Source: Octopus vulgaris
Lineage: Eukaryota
NCBI GenBank assembly: GCA_951406725.2
Contig: OX597815.1
Span: forward strand, 93,310,001-93,374,000
Direction: 5' to 3'
DNA length: 64,000 nt
In this document: piece by piece, positions 14,183-27,684 of the stretch
Numbering within the stretch: position 1 is the stretch's first letter
How the letters are laid out: each line of letters begins with the position of its first letter
Program-made: the position numbers and the translations under genes
Notes under the pieces: model-generated
What the model saw: the letters and a program-made list of their open reading frames with translations, nothing else
Told to the model about the DNA's origin: nothing
Databases searched by the model: none

Positions 14183-14670
14183 TTCTTCTTCTTCTGATGT
14201 CCACTTTCCATGCTGGCATGCGTTGGACGGTTTGACTGAAGACTGGCAAGCCAGGTGGCTGCATCAGGCTCCAATCTGTTCTGGCAAGGTTTCTACAGCT
14301 GGATGCCCTTCCTAACGCCAACCACTCTGAGAGTATAGTGGGTGCTTTTTATGTGCCATCAGCATGGGGGCCAGTCAGGCAGCACTGCCAACGACCATAC
14401 TTGAATGGTGCCTTTTATGTGCCACCGGTACAGGAGCCAGTCAAGCTCGAATGGTGCTTTTTACGTGCCACCAGCATAGGTACCAATCAGGCGGTACTAG
14501 CATCAGCCACGACAACAATTTCACTAGACTCAACAGGTCTTCTCAAGCACAGTATATTGAAAGGTACTTTTAAACAGGCCAGTTAAGCCACACTAGCATC
14601 AGCAGCAGGTATGGTCTCACTTGGCTTGCCGGGTTTTCTTAAGCACAGCATATCTCCAAAGGTCCCAAAG
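14183..14670 (-). repeat. Dispersed repeat (LINE-tail/SINE-like) with internal subrepeats
   Basis: tccactttccatgctggcatg...ctggatgcccttcctaacgccaacc motif shared with 48110-48720, 49885-50030, 53540-53692 and, inverted, 43190-43450. Confidence 0.65.
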
Positions 14671-15804
14671 AATATCCAGCTGTAAAACATTTTCTCTGAC
14701 AATACTTGCAAATGAGTTGTCTAAATTTTCAGAACCATTCAAGGCGTGTAAAAGCATTGCAAATATCTTTTCTTCTTGTCCTTCATATTCACCACCACAA
14801 CCATCATCATCATCATCATCATCATCACTTAACATCCACTTTTCTATAGTCACATGCAAAAATCTCTTTTTCTTTTTAAATATATATCAAAAGTTCATTA
14901 AAATGAATAATAATTAGAGGATTAACTGTACACTGAAATGTCAACTGCTTCATTAATATTCTCTATATGTAATTTCTTTTTTTTTTTTTCTAATTAATTG
15001 AATAAATTGTAAGAGCTGTTAAAATGTGGCAATGTCTAATAAACATAACCCAGATTTTCTTCTATTCACATCAATCATGACCTCCAAAATGGTATGGAAG
15101 ACATATATTTCCTCTTCATAATATCTGATACTCTATCCAAAAGTGAGAAACCTCTAAATATTGAAATTATTGCACAAGAAAAATTGAAATCTTCTTCCAA
15201 GGGTTATTAAATTTGTTTATGAATAGGAACCAGTTGCATTTAAAACATTTTACACATTTCTACCATTCTTATGATAAGATATATAGCAGAACAGGAATGG
15301 TGCTTAACCAAAATTCTATAATGTTAAGTAAAAGATACAAGACTTCTCCAATGTATCTTGTTATAGAATTGTCACAAAAAGAACTGCTGCAACAGAATCA
15401 AAGCTGATCTGTTTTATTTCAATGTGGTTCCTTCTTCCATATAGTTAACATCATGGTTATACTGTCAATTTCAAAAGGTTAAAAGATGAAAATAATCTGT
15501 TGTACTCCAGTTGATAGACGAAATCAAATTTTGTTCAGCCTCAGGTTGACTCTGATTCATCAGACCCAACATCAAATGCATTCACACCATAACTGTCCTA
15601 TCTCACCACCACTACCACCACCACCAGAATAGTGTACACTGGATTACATTACTGATTGTGGTGTACCTCTTTAAGGTGTTAGGATGTGGTTTGAGTAAAA
15701 TTTGGCTATTACTACTACTAGCAGGTCAAATGACCACATACAGGCTCACTTGTTGACTCATGTAACCCATGTTTGCAAGATGACACCAATTCCAGAATTT
15801 TTAC

Positions 15805-15824
15805 CTCTGAATCAGCTGGCCCAT
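15805..15824 (-). CDS. trio: Candidate short alternative first coding exon (MGQLIQ, phase-2 donor)
   Basis: GGG ATG GGC CAG CTG ATT CAG AG|gtaaaa. Strong Kozak context, upstream in-frame TAA, phase matches the acceptor at 10077. Confidence 0.25.
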
Positions 15825-17365
15825 CCCCACTGCTGTCACTGTCTCAACACTTTAAACTGAATATTAATCTCACCAGCTCTTTCACTATATTCTGGGGAAG
15901 GAGGGACTTAGAGTTACAAAGAATGTTGCTTTTCTGTAAATAAATAACAATAAGAAAAATAGCATAACCTGAAATACATATGTAAAATAAATGTATTTCT
16001 AGAACAGACTCAGGCATGGTGGGGATGGCAAAGGCAAACAAAACAAAACAACTAATAATGTACAAAGAAATATACAAAGAAGTTCTTTTGAGTTGGAAAA
16101 CTATTGAATATGAGAAAAAGTAGTTAAATTATTAGTCACTGTTCCACCAAAATGTACTGACCCAATGAAAGAGAAAGAGAACAACTGGTTTGTTTATCTT
16201 AAATACTTGCTGGCTTTGTTTAAAGCTATACCTAGAACAACAGATAGTTTTACAACTGACATTACTGGATTCACAGAAATAATTCTGGACCTGACTATTT
16301 CGAATTGACACACAAACAACAGCTTGCCATCAAGATAAAGGCATCTGTTTCTAGAAACCACTCAAAGATTCACTCTTAACTATCAGTAGTTTCAGATGTA
16401 GATAGATTAAACAAAGTTTACCTATATTTAAACACTCATTTCTAACTGCTTCACATTGTTTAGACTGATATCATATTTTAAACTGGAATTTTATTTTTTT
16501 TGTTGTTGCTATTTTGTGTTTATTGTAGTTTTAAACATTTCATTTATCAAGATGTACAACTTGCTCTTTTTATTGTTTCCTTCAGGTTGTTATTTCATTG
16601 TAATGAGGGAGGAAAACCTTTGATGGAATCAAGACTAACCGGAAATCTAAGCCTAAACTTTCAGAACAAAACTACAAAAGTCAAAACTAAACATTAAGAG
16701 TAGCGGCCCTACAGATGCATTCTTTATCACATAATCTAAAAGAGTCATCCTCTACGTCCTCCTCCTGAGATTAAACTAAACTAAAAAGAATAAAGAATAA
16801 TGTTTTGAGCATAATACATTCCAGTAATCTAACATTCATAATAAATTACTGTAAAAACCTATGTAATTTGCGCACCTGTGTATTTTTACGCAGGTGATTT
16901 TCAGGATAAAAATTGTTAAAAAAGGGCTTCTACTCATGTAAAATTTGCACCCAAAAGTTTTCAGAATTGCCAATATGGCCAGGGGAAAAAGATTTTCAAT
17001 TTAGTTGTATTCAAGATAATTTTACTTATGATTAGATTTTATTAAATTTTCATTAAATAAGAGCTGGTAGTGACGATGTCGGCAGTGATGAATTTCATTG
17101 TCCAAACACAGAAAAAGGTAAATGCAAGTTAGACTTCTTCAGCGGAGAAAAACTGATTTATTTAAGGAAATTGCTGGGTTCCATTGCGATAGGTAGAAAC
17201 TCCAAGCAATGTAAAATATGGCTCAGACTGTGATTACCAGCATGAATGCCAAACTTCAAAAAGTAGTTAATCATTTAATGGTTTTAGTAAGTTTATACAG
17301 AAAAATTTACTAAACGTGCTTTAATTGATATACTAATAAACATATAACTAAAGTCCAAATAGTTA

Positions 17366-17411
<46 letters not shown>

Positions 17412-17415
17412 TATA

Positions 17416-17577
17416 GGTGCAAGAGTGGCTGTGTGGTAAGTAGCTTGCTTACCAACCACATGGTTCCGGGTTCAGTCCCACTGCATGGCACCTTGGGCAA
17501 GTGTCTTCTACTATAGCCTCAGGCCAACCAAAGCCTTGTGGGTGGATTTGGTAGACAGAAACTGAAAGAAGCCCGTC

Positions 17578-17609
<32 letters not shown>

Positions 17610-17926
17610 ATGCGTATGTTTGTGTATCTATGTCCCCCCCACCCATCGCTTAACAATCGATGCTGGTGTGTTTACGTCCCTGTAACTTAGCAGTTTGGCA
17701 AAAGAGACCGACAGAATATGTACTAGGCTTACAAAGAATAAGTCCTGGTGTTGATTTGCTCAACTAAAGGCGGTGCTCCAGCATGGTTCCATTGCGATAG
17801 GTAGAATTGCGATGATATATCCAACCATAGAAATCATACCAAAGCTGAGATGGAGCATGATGCAGCCCTGCAGCTTGCTGGATCCCATCAAACTGCCCAG
17901 TCAAATGACTGAAACAAGTAAAAGAG
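17416..17926 (+). mobile_element. tRNA-derived CORE-like SINE (family A) with internal (TG)n and a templated insertion
   Basis: A-box-like tggctgtgtggtaag, B-box-like gggttcagtccc, CORE-like ccttgggcaagtg. Near-identical to 59106-59893. Confidence 0.85.
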
Positions 17927-17957
17927 TATATACATATGCAGATACATATATATGCGC

Positions 17958-18008
<51 letters not shown>

Positions 18009-18080
18009 CACATATATACACACACACACATATATATATATATACATGCACACACATATACATACACATACACACACACA

Positions 18081-18880
18081 CAGAGGGTGAAGTGAATACA
18101 GTGTCACCTAAATTACGCAAAAATTGAAAACAATACTGACATCCTATTTTAAAAGATATAATTATGAAAACTGCATAAAAGTATCTTGAAATACTAGAGA
18201 GCAAATCGCCATTGGCTTGAACCATAGCCTCCAGACGACTTCGGAATCTCCTGCAACTCTTCTGGACAGTCTCCTTGTTTAAGTTGGTGAATACTGCCAT
18301 AATCCTTGCCTAAGGAGTTTTGGTGGTCTCTCCCTTAACTGTGCCCCACACACAATAATCAAAGGGGTTGCAGTCTGGGGAGTTAAGTGGCCAGATGTTA
18401 GGGGTAATGTGGTTTCAGAAATTGTTTGACAGCCATGACTGTTTTCTGCTTGTGTGGCATGGTGCAGAGTCCTGTTGCCAGACACAGGGTCTTCCAGAAG
18501 CCACCCTCTGGACCTAGGACAGCACTACCTCCTCCAGGCACTTGATGTAGGGCTCCGTGTTGCATCTGAGGCTGTGTGGGAAGAGGAATGGAGGCATAAT
18601 GTCACCATCATTAGTGATCACTCCAAAAATCATGATGTTGACTGGATGTTTGATCTTTACCAACCTTGGTACATGCTTTGGAGACACAGCAAGCCAATGG
18701 TTGTTCTGTGTATTCACCATCTCTTCGTACTGAAGCTTCCAGTGTGAATGCCAAGCAGTACAGCATGCCATTTCCAAATTTTCTCACAGATGGTGCTCAA
18801 GTAACCCTACTATACTGTGTCATTGACAAAATCAAAAACAATGTCCATGCACGAAATTATCTCAAAAGATACATCTATAA
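18081..18880 (-). mobile_element. Degenerate Tc1/mariner-superfamily element, maT/DD37D-like transposase C-terminal half
   Basis: Fragments KHPVNIMIFGVITNDG, WQQDSAPCH, WPLNSPDCNPFDY and CRRFRSRLEAMVQANG across frames. Boundaries approximate. Confidence 0.8.
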
Positions 18881-19799
18881 GTATTTTAGAACCATATTTC
18901 CATTGAAATACATAGTCCCTGCATTTCAATTACTTAAAAAAATTAAAGATATATATAAAAAAACCTAACTTTCACCTTTTAATCTAATTTATGGAACGTA
19001 ATTTCAGAAAAAGTTGCCTTACATAAAATTATAAGTTTTAATTTGAATACACACACTTTAAAATGAGAGGTGTTGTATCATAGAATAGAGAAAGAAAAAA
19101 AAGTAGTTCCAGACGCATTTGTATGAAAAGTGCTAACAGAAAGGGATTTATCTAAGACAAGAAGCAACATCTTAACAGCTGTCAACTCTCTACAAATATA
19201 ATTCAACACACATACACACTTTTCATACATTTGGTATATATGAAAATACATCACACAGAATCATTGTTGGATTGATACAATTTTAAAAATTTGTACTTCA
19301 TCCGTGCAAGCGTGTTAGCTTGTTTGTTTCTACATCTCAACTAACCTTCTTGTATTTCTAGTATTTACAATATTGTGAATCATGACTCAACAAGATTTGA
19401 GATTTATGAATGAACAAAGTTTGGGAATAAGCAAATAATTAATTAAAACTATAAGTTATATCATTAAAAAGAAGAAAAAATATAGCAATATAGAAAATGA
19501 AGAGATTACAATATGGCCTTTGAAACTACGAATAAAAAGGGGTCAGATTTGATTTGCTAACTTCTAAGAAGTTTTCACAGAATTACAGTGAAAACACCAC
19601 CTCTTAAAGTTTGTTATCTACTCATAAATTACAATGCATGTTTTACTATACATACATGCTGTAAGTAGACAGTCTTGAATTGGCTGAAACTGTTCCAATA
19701 ACAGTAATTTAAAACAGCCAGAAGTGGGAAGACAGAACACAAGTATAGCATTGTAGGAGATATGGGGATAAAGATCTGTGGCAACATGCAGCAGTCTTA

Positions 19800-20245
19800 T
19801 AATAGTCCTTTCTATAGGCACAAGGCCTGAAATTTTGGAAGAGGGGGCTAGTTGATTACATCAACTGTTGAACTGGTATATATTTCATCAACCCTGGAAG
19901 GATGAAAGGCAAAGTTGACCTCAGTAGCATTTGAATTTAGAACAGAAAGAGCTGGAACAAATGCTGCTAAGCATTTTGTCCCATGCTCTCTAACAATGCT
20001 AATAATCCACCATCTTTATAATAATAATAGTTTCAAATTTTGGCACAAGGCCAGCCACTTCAAGGGAGTGGTTAAGTTGATTAGATCAAACCCAGTGCTC
20101 AAAGGATACCTATTTTATCGACCCTCAAAGGTTGAAAGGCAAAGTTGACCTTGGTAGAATTTGAATACAGAGCGTAAAGACAGATGAAATATGGTTAAGC
20201 ATTTTGTTCAGCATCCTAACAATACTACCAATTCACCACTTCAAA
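19800..20245 (-). mobile_element. Two tandem SINE family B copies
   Basis: Reverse-complement similarity to 52525-52740. Confidence 0.7.
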
Positions 20246-21049
20246 AATAATGACAATATTATTATAATCATCATCATCATCATTATTAGGATGGTGGATT
20301 AGCAGAGTCATTAGAGCAAAATGATTCACAACATTTATTTCAACTCTTTGTATTTAGACTTCAAATCCTCCTGGGCCCAGTTAATTTACTAATACTCTCC
20401 ATAATTCTTGATTATTTCAAAATTTAAGTGAAATAGAGGAAAGATCTTTAAAAAAAAGGGGGAGGGGGATATTCTTAAAAATACCCTGTAAATGTATCTT
20501 TTATTTGTTTCATTCATTAGCCTGCAGGCATACAGGGACACTGACTTGTGGTTGAACAAACTGCCTCCAGTACTTTCTTTTTTAAGCCTGGTACTTATCC
20601 TATCAGTCTTTCTTTGCCAAACTGCTAAGTTACAGGGATGTAAACAGACCAACAGCAATTGTCATGCAGTGGTGGAAGACAAACACAAAGACACATAGAT
20701 ACACACACACAACAGGCTTATTTCAGTTTCAGTATATAATCCTTACTTTAGAGTACAGTTACTGAATGTCTCATTGAGAGATTTAGAAATAATAATGCTT
20801 CTATTTATTAGATCAGAAACTGTGTGTCACTTTGAAAATGACATATTTTCGAACAGGAGTTTGGCAGCGCCATCTGTAACTGAGCAGTTATTCTGAGCTG
20901 AGGAAGAGAAATAACCCAGAAACCGTGGTCCACAGATATTGCTTTGTGCTGAGTGGGGTAAACTCTCCTGTTTGAAAATATAAGGACACAAATAGTGTGT
21001 TGTATAGCCAGCTGGAGATAATGGAGAAGGCAGATAAACCACAAATTCA

Positions 21050-21310
21050 TTCAGATAGAATTTGTAGTTTGTCTGCCTTCCTACTTATTAAGACTTTGGC
21101 TTTTGTTAAATTGACTTTAAGGCCCCTCGAATCTAGACCTTGCTTCCACACCTGAAACTTCCCTAGTTTAGATAGTGACTCAGCTATTAGAGTAAGGTCA
21201 TCAGCATAGAGAAGCTCCCAGGTGTATCCTGTCTTGAATTCCTCTGTAATTTCCTGGAGGACTATGATGAATAAGAGGGGGCTGAGTACTGATCCTTGGT
21301 GGACCTGGGG
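21050..21310 (-). mobile_element. RTE-clade LINE reverse-transcriptase fragment
   Basis: VHQGSVLSPLLFIIVL...WELLYADDLTLIAES...GLKVNLTKAKVL (RT motifs QGSxLSP and YADD). Confidence 0.9.
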
Positions 21311-23539
21311 AGCATAGGCCGAGATAATGGTTGCTAACCCATGTTGCAGCACTAAGTGGGTAGGTGTCTGTGTTTATGCCCTCCATCACTGCTTGACAAC
21401 TGATGTTGGTGTGTTTATGAACCTGTAACTTTGTCATTCGGCAAAAGAGACTGATACAATAAGCACCAGGCTTAAAGAATAAGTACTGGGATCAATTCGT
21501 TTGACTTAAAATTGAAGGTGGTGCCCCAGCATGGCTGCAGTCTAATAATAACTGTAACAAGATAGAAGTATTTTACATTGGGGAAAATAACTTGTTGGTA
21601 TCCATTAAACAGACAGCTAGCAACACTTAACACACACTGAATACATTTTAAAAGATTTTTATTCTAAATATCCCCACCCCTAACTTAGATTTCACAACGT
21701 TTCCCTTAATTCTTTGAATATCACTTAAGACTTTTGTCAGTTACGTAATGAAATATTTTGCAGATGCAATTATTAGAAGTTTATGTATATTAGAACAAAA
21801 GCAGCTTTGTGTTCTCATTGTTGCAGATACCATCATCTGCATCAGCATTATCGTTGTTGTTATTATTATTATTATTATTATTGCTGTTGTTGCTTCATAC
21901 AAAAGTACTCAAATTCCAGCCATTCCATTACAGCCGTGCTCGAGACATAAATTGTATTGTTATTTATAAATCCAAGCAAAAGTAACCAATACAGAGTTTT
22001 ACAACCAGCATTATAATTTATAAAACCAGATTTCACTCTGATTGACATTACAGCAGATTACAGATTCAAGTTTGGAGCCATACAAATACCAACACAATTT
22101 AATTCAACTAATGCGCACACACGCACACAGACTTATGTCAAAATAGCATGGAAAACAAGCATTTGATGGTGGTGGTGATGATGATGATATATCCAACCAT
22201 AGAAATCATACCAAAGCTGAGATGGAGCATGATGCAGCCCTGCAGCTTGCTGGATCCCATCAAACTGCCTAACCCATGTCCATGTGGAAAAACAAACATA
22301 TCATACACCACTGGATTTTATACTTAGAGAAGACAGGCAGTTGTGGTCTAAATCAGTTCATTTTGGAGTTACAACCCTCCTAAAAGGAATGAAGAACATG
22401 CCATGCTCATATATTTCTGGCATGGTTTCTACAATTAGATGCTCTTCCTAACACCAACCATTTTACAGAATGTACTGAGTGATTTTATCCTAGACACTAG
22501 CGCATCGTTGTGTCCTCAGTACAACTAAAGAACCTTCTCTGCCTTCTGATATCTCTGTTCATTTACCAACAAGTTATAAGTTATACTTGGTACATTTCAT
22601 AATGGCACCTACACCACAGAGGCTGTTATGTCTCTGACAAGACTAAAGAATCCTCTCTTTTCAAAACATTGCTTATGTTTGTTCAAGGTTTCACAACCAA
22701 GAGATAGACAGAGGAGGGTGTAATGAAAGAGAAAGAACCAAAATGAACAAATGATAGAGTAGAAATTATGATAATTATGATGGAGAAAATAGAAGGACAT
22801 AGAAGGTAGCAGGAGGGAAAAATAGTCTGTTATGGACAGCTATGTATTGGTTGTTGGTAACAAGATTGAAAAGGATGTCAAGTGACATGATAGGGACGCT
22901 GAGAGGGATAGAAGGGTGGCAGAGTAATGGAAGAGGAAGTAATTGAAATGTGTGATGTACATCAACAATGGAGTAATGTGAGAGAAAACATGATGGATAG
23001 CAATAAAAGATGGGTGAAGAGAACAGAGTGATGGAGGGCAAAGTCATGGACAGGAGAAAGAGGAGATTATCAATTAAAACAAGACTGATGATGTATTGAA
23101 TATGGACACATTCAATGCATCAGGTTTCATTGTAAGAGAGGGGGAGAGAGAGAGATAAAGTGTGACAGTGGAGTGGTGCCTGAATATGAACAATTCAACA
23201 CCACTCTGTTAGAAAGGCAAGCATACTAGTGATAGGAGAGAAAGGCTGTAATACACGAGACAGTAATGAAAGTATAGACAGTAGATGATGACTTAACAGA
23301 ACATGAGAAGGGGGTCAAATGTTGATGTACATTCCAACCACCATAATTTTTAAGTCTGCTTTGTCATGCTTCTATAAGTGGATAGATCCTTTTTGCCACC
23401 ATACTTGCTAGTCGTTTGTTTTGTGAAATTTAGTACTTTGAAATAAGTCTTCACAACTGCATTCCATGTCTTCTGTAGATGCCATACTTAGCAAGCACTC
23501 AGCAATTTTTTACACAATTGGCTACAAACCAGTGTAGTT

Positions 23540-24150
23540 TTTCTCTTACATAGTATATCTTAGCCGTAAATCTCATATCTAGTGCTCCATCATTAATAGA
23601 CAGTAAAACATTAACCAGAACATGCTTGATTTTTTAAGCATTAAAAATTCTCTGCATTATAGGTCCATCTCTAGTAACAGTGTACTTTGTATGCAAGCAT
23701 CATACAATCTACTCTTCACTTTAAGAGAGAAACCCTTTGCCACTAACAATAATCATATCTCCCTTAACTTCTATCCCTTCCTTATTCTGGTTATTAAGCT
23801 TTTAGAGCACCCACCTCCATAACTGAGTACCATAGGAAACAAGCTATTAACTACCTATTTCGTTTGTACTCTTACTGTTGACTACTCCTGTGCTAAATGC
23901 AAAGCTGAATTTTCCTGTCCGTCTTTCTGCGATCCTATTACATCTTTGAACATCTACAATTTACACTGGTTACACGATACAGAATTTTTAACTTTATTTC
24001 TTTTGAATATCAAGTACAGTCATTTCCATGATGGCAACAGGGACCTGATTTCCCTACTTAGTAAAACCATTAGTTTTTGCTTAAGCTTAATTTGAGACCT
24101 CTCAATTTTAGGCTTTGTTCCCATGACTGGAATTCCTCTTCTAAATCTAC
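23540..24150 (-). mobile_element. Old RTE LINE remnant
   Basis: Patchy similarity to 61110-61670 (catacaatctactcttcactttaagagagaaaccctttgccac). Confidence 0.5.
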
Positions 24151-26907
24151 AGAATCAGCTATAAGAATCTATCCATCAACACATGGGAACTTCTACAGTT
24201 CCCATGTACAATTAGTCTTATAACAAGAGGGGCCAGGGGCCAGACATCTGAGGACTAACAAACTCCTACCTGAAGACTAAATTTGTTGCTGAACCCATTG
24301 CAAACTGCACCTCAGACTTTAATTTCTTTAGCAACTACTAAACTAAAGCAGAGTACCAATCAAATATTTTCTCTCTAAATTGACAAAAGCTATCTTAAAG
24401 ATAGCATGTTTGCACTAGTTATATCATTATTATCAATGTGTTACACTACTCTTCCATATACATATAATAGGTGCAAAAACACAAGTGTGTAGTTAAGAAG
24501 TTTACTTTCTAACCACAAGGTTTTGGGTTCAAGTCCTACTATGTAGTATCCTAGGAAAGTGTCTTCAGCTATAACCCCGGTATACCAAAACCTTACTTGT
24601 GAATTTGGTAGATGGAAACTAAAAAAGCTTGACGTGTGAGTGTGCGCGCATGTGTGTGCATGCGTGTGTGTGTGCCTGTGTCTGGTTGTGGAGGAAATAT
24701 TACCTTGCTTGAGAAAAGGTGAGCCACAGATTCCATCTCAACAAATTCCATCTGAGCCTTACAAGCATGGAAAATCATTTTAAGAAAGTGGACATTAAAA
24801 ATGATCACACATGCATGCACACACACATTCTGTTGGAAGCCAATCCAAGAATGATTATCAACATAAATGATGGAGCTCACTACCTATCTTGGTAGGTATG
24901 ACCATAACCACACTGTCTTGACAAGCAATGACCAGCTGCTATTACTTAATTCAGTAAGCTATACCTACAGCAAAAACATTATTAAATTGTACAAAAGTTG
25001 TACATTAATTTATAATCACGATTATCATCATCCTCATCTTTGCTTTTTAAAATCTTAGCCTGCTTTGGATGGGTCAGCTATATAGGATATTACCAATCAT
25101 CTTCAGCTTTCTTCATCTTCCCTGCAACCCAAGATCTCAACTCCCTGTTTCCCATACATCAATCTTTTACAAGTACCTTCCATCAACAACACCAAATACT
25201 CATTATACAGCCATTACTCCTAAAACTTCTAATGATTAACTACAGCTTAGCTCACTTTTGTTTTATCTTTTATGTAGCTTAACAATACACAACTACAGGA
25301 TCACACTAACCTAATTTCTCACCGATATCCACAGATATTCCACATTCAATAGCCCATATCCTACTACTTTGTATCATCACATTTTTTACAGAAGCTTTAT
25401 TCAATCTGGTTTTTACATGAAGATGGAAGCTCTTTATTGTCTACAGTTGTTTAAACTTAATCTACTCCTTTCTTTACCTAAGCTATTGTACATTTATCCC
25501 CTAATTAGATCCTCTAAGTAACAGAAACTACCACCTACATTAAGTGAGCCATCAGAGCAGAAATTGAAGCACAAAATGTGTTTGCTTAGAGGTACGACTA
25601 GCAGAGCCCTAGGCAAATGTGCCTTGCAACATTTAGTCAAATCCTGCTGAGGTTAACTTCCTTTAAAATTATTTTATGACTTCTCTTCCTGTTTGTTACT
25701 ATAGTACATCTATCATATGTGAAGTTCTGGTTCCATGTCAAATCTTACAGAATTTTGTATTCACAGAATACAACTTCCTTCCTAAGCAAAGTTATTTTCA
25801 AAATGTTGCTCCAGCATGGCTGCAGTCAACTGACTGAAACAAATAAAAGAATAAGATTTTATGCTGTCTTTAACTAGTTCTTCATTATGCTGACATTTAT
25901 GTCTTTGAACTTTAATATACCATCTATGTTTGGAATTTTTTTCTTTCCTTCTGCTATGAGAACCACCACCACATAAGAATGAAAAAAGTAGGTTGAAAGC
26001 AGGCTCTCCATGAACATTTACCTGTGCATTGAACAGTTCACTGACAAAAAATATTCGAATAAAGTTGTTCAAATTTTGATAAAATTACTACTATTTAATT
26101 TTTTATAGCTAGTTTCCAAAATCTGACTCAAAAGAAAGTCTTTAAAATAGATTTATAGGAGGTGGTTCACTAAATAGAAAAAAAAAATTATGAGCTATAT
26201 GTATTTCATAAATCTAACAACTATAAACACTGCCTAGCTCACAATGGTATCTAAAGCTATTTTATAGTTAGGTGGTTAGTGGTAGGAATGACATCCAGCT
26301 GTCAAAATACTTCTCTAGTATTAATGCAAGCTTCCTAATTTTAAAAATGTGCCATGTAAAAAATGGATGTAAAACAGAATTTTTTAAAATTGTATATCTA
26401 ACTGTAGATATAGATAGACAGAGAAGTGGGAAAGCTACTAAACTATTAAGATCAATATCTTAAGTGTTTCATTCTATGTGCAGGAGATATGATTCTACAC
26501 TTAGTGAAAAGAACATTCCGAAGAGCAACCAGTAAACAGACTGCTAGCCAGAAGATTCATCTATTTATTATATTAACAAATTATCTTTTCAAAATTTTAT
26601 AAAATTTCTTCCAAACTTTATATACTACCTGACATCAGATTAAACAAAGATTCTAATGACATGAACATTCTTTGGAGAATTTATATTTGAAATGGTCATT
26701 TACAGAGTGAAAGGATACATTTAGTATGAAATGTAGAGATAACATGAAATATAATTTCAAGCTGTCTTTGGCTCATGAAAGCAGATTAGAATAAATTTCA
26801 ATATAAACAATAAATAAAACAAATAAATGACATTTAGCAAAAAATTTTCAAAAAGTTAAACAATTTATAGAAAAAATAATAAGGTACTTCATTCTTATCA
26901 TGCTTAC

Positions 26908-26940
26908 CACTGCTGGTTGTTAAAAAGGTTTTTAGTTGAA
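26908..26940 (-). CDS. trio: Candidate 33-nt frame-preserving trio microexon (phase 2-2)
   Basis: tcttgttttag|TTCAACTAAAAACCTTTTTAACAACCAGCAGTG|gtaagc. Adds STKNLFNNQQC with no stop. TGCATG lies just upstream and GCATG just downstream. Confidence 0.55.
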
Positions 26941-27684
26941 CTAAAACAAGACTCATGCATTACACCAAAACATGTTTAAGAGGTGAAGATATGTTGTTAT
27001 ATTGCCAAAATAAATACAAGCATTTAATATAAATAAAATAATAATAATAATATAAAAAGCATAGCAATATTAAAAATAAAAGGTGTTAATATAGATCAAT
27101 AATAGTTCAACCCTATATTCAACTTGTAAATAAGTAGAATTATTTTCAATATTGTTAGAAAGTTTCATTTTACACACAAGCAATTAACTACTAGCAAGCA
27201 ATACAGACAGAAAGTTAATTAGAAAATTGTTTAACATACAAAGATAAATATTATATAAAGCTTTGTTTCAAGGAAAGATTACAAATAAAGCCTCAGAACT
27301 ATTCCACATTATAACTTTAGTCATTCTCAATTAGACCACTATGAGACAAATATAAAAGTTCATTTCGAAAATTGATCAACATCAATTTTCTCTATAAATT
27401 GTTTTGAAAAAAGATTTATAAAGTTGCTTTAAACTAAATAAAATAAATAAATAAAAACTAGCAAATAGGTTTTCAATTCAGGGTAGGTGTTATAAATATA
27501 TATATAAAGCATTCACACATACATATCATTTATATCTATTTTCTCATGCTTCTATAGATTATTTGTGGGTCAATTACTTTTACAGCTGAGTGATGTCCTT
27601 ACTGATGACTACTCAACTATAAAATAGAAAGTGGATCCTGTAGTTGGTGCCCTTTTCCCTATCTCCATCAGATGATCAGATTTA

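Noticed and set aside
16848-17060. pogo/Tigger-like terminal sequence
   Set aside because: Only a vague resemblance; no matching second TIR or coding remnant identified.
17764-18300. 178-aa ORF, the longest in the track
   Set aside because: Chimera of a transposase C-terminus, (TA/CA)n microsatellite and SINE sequence.
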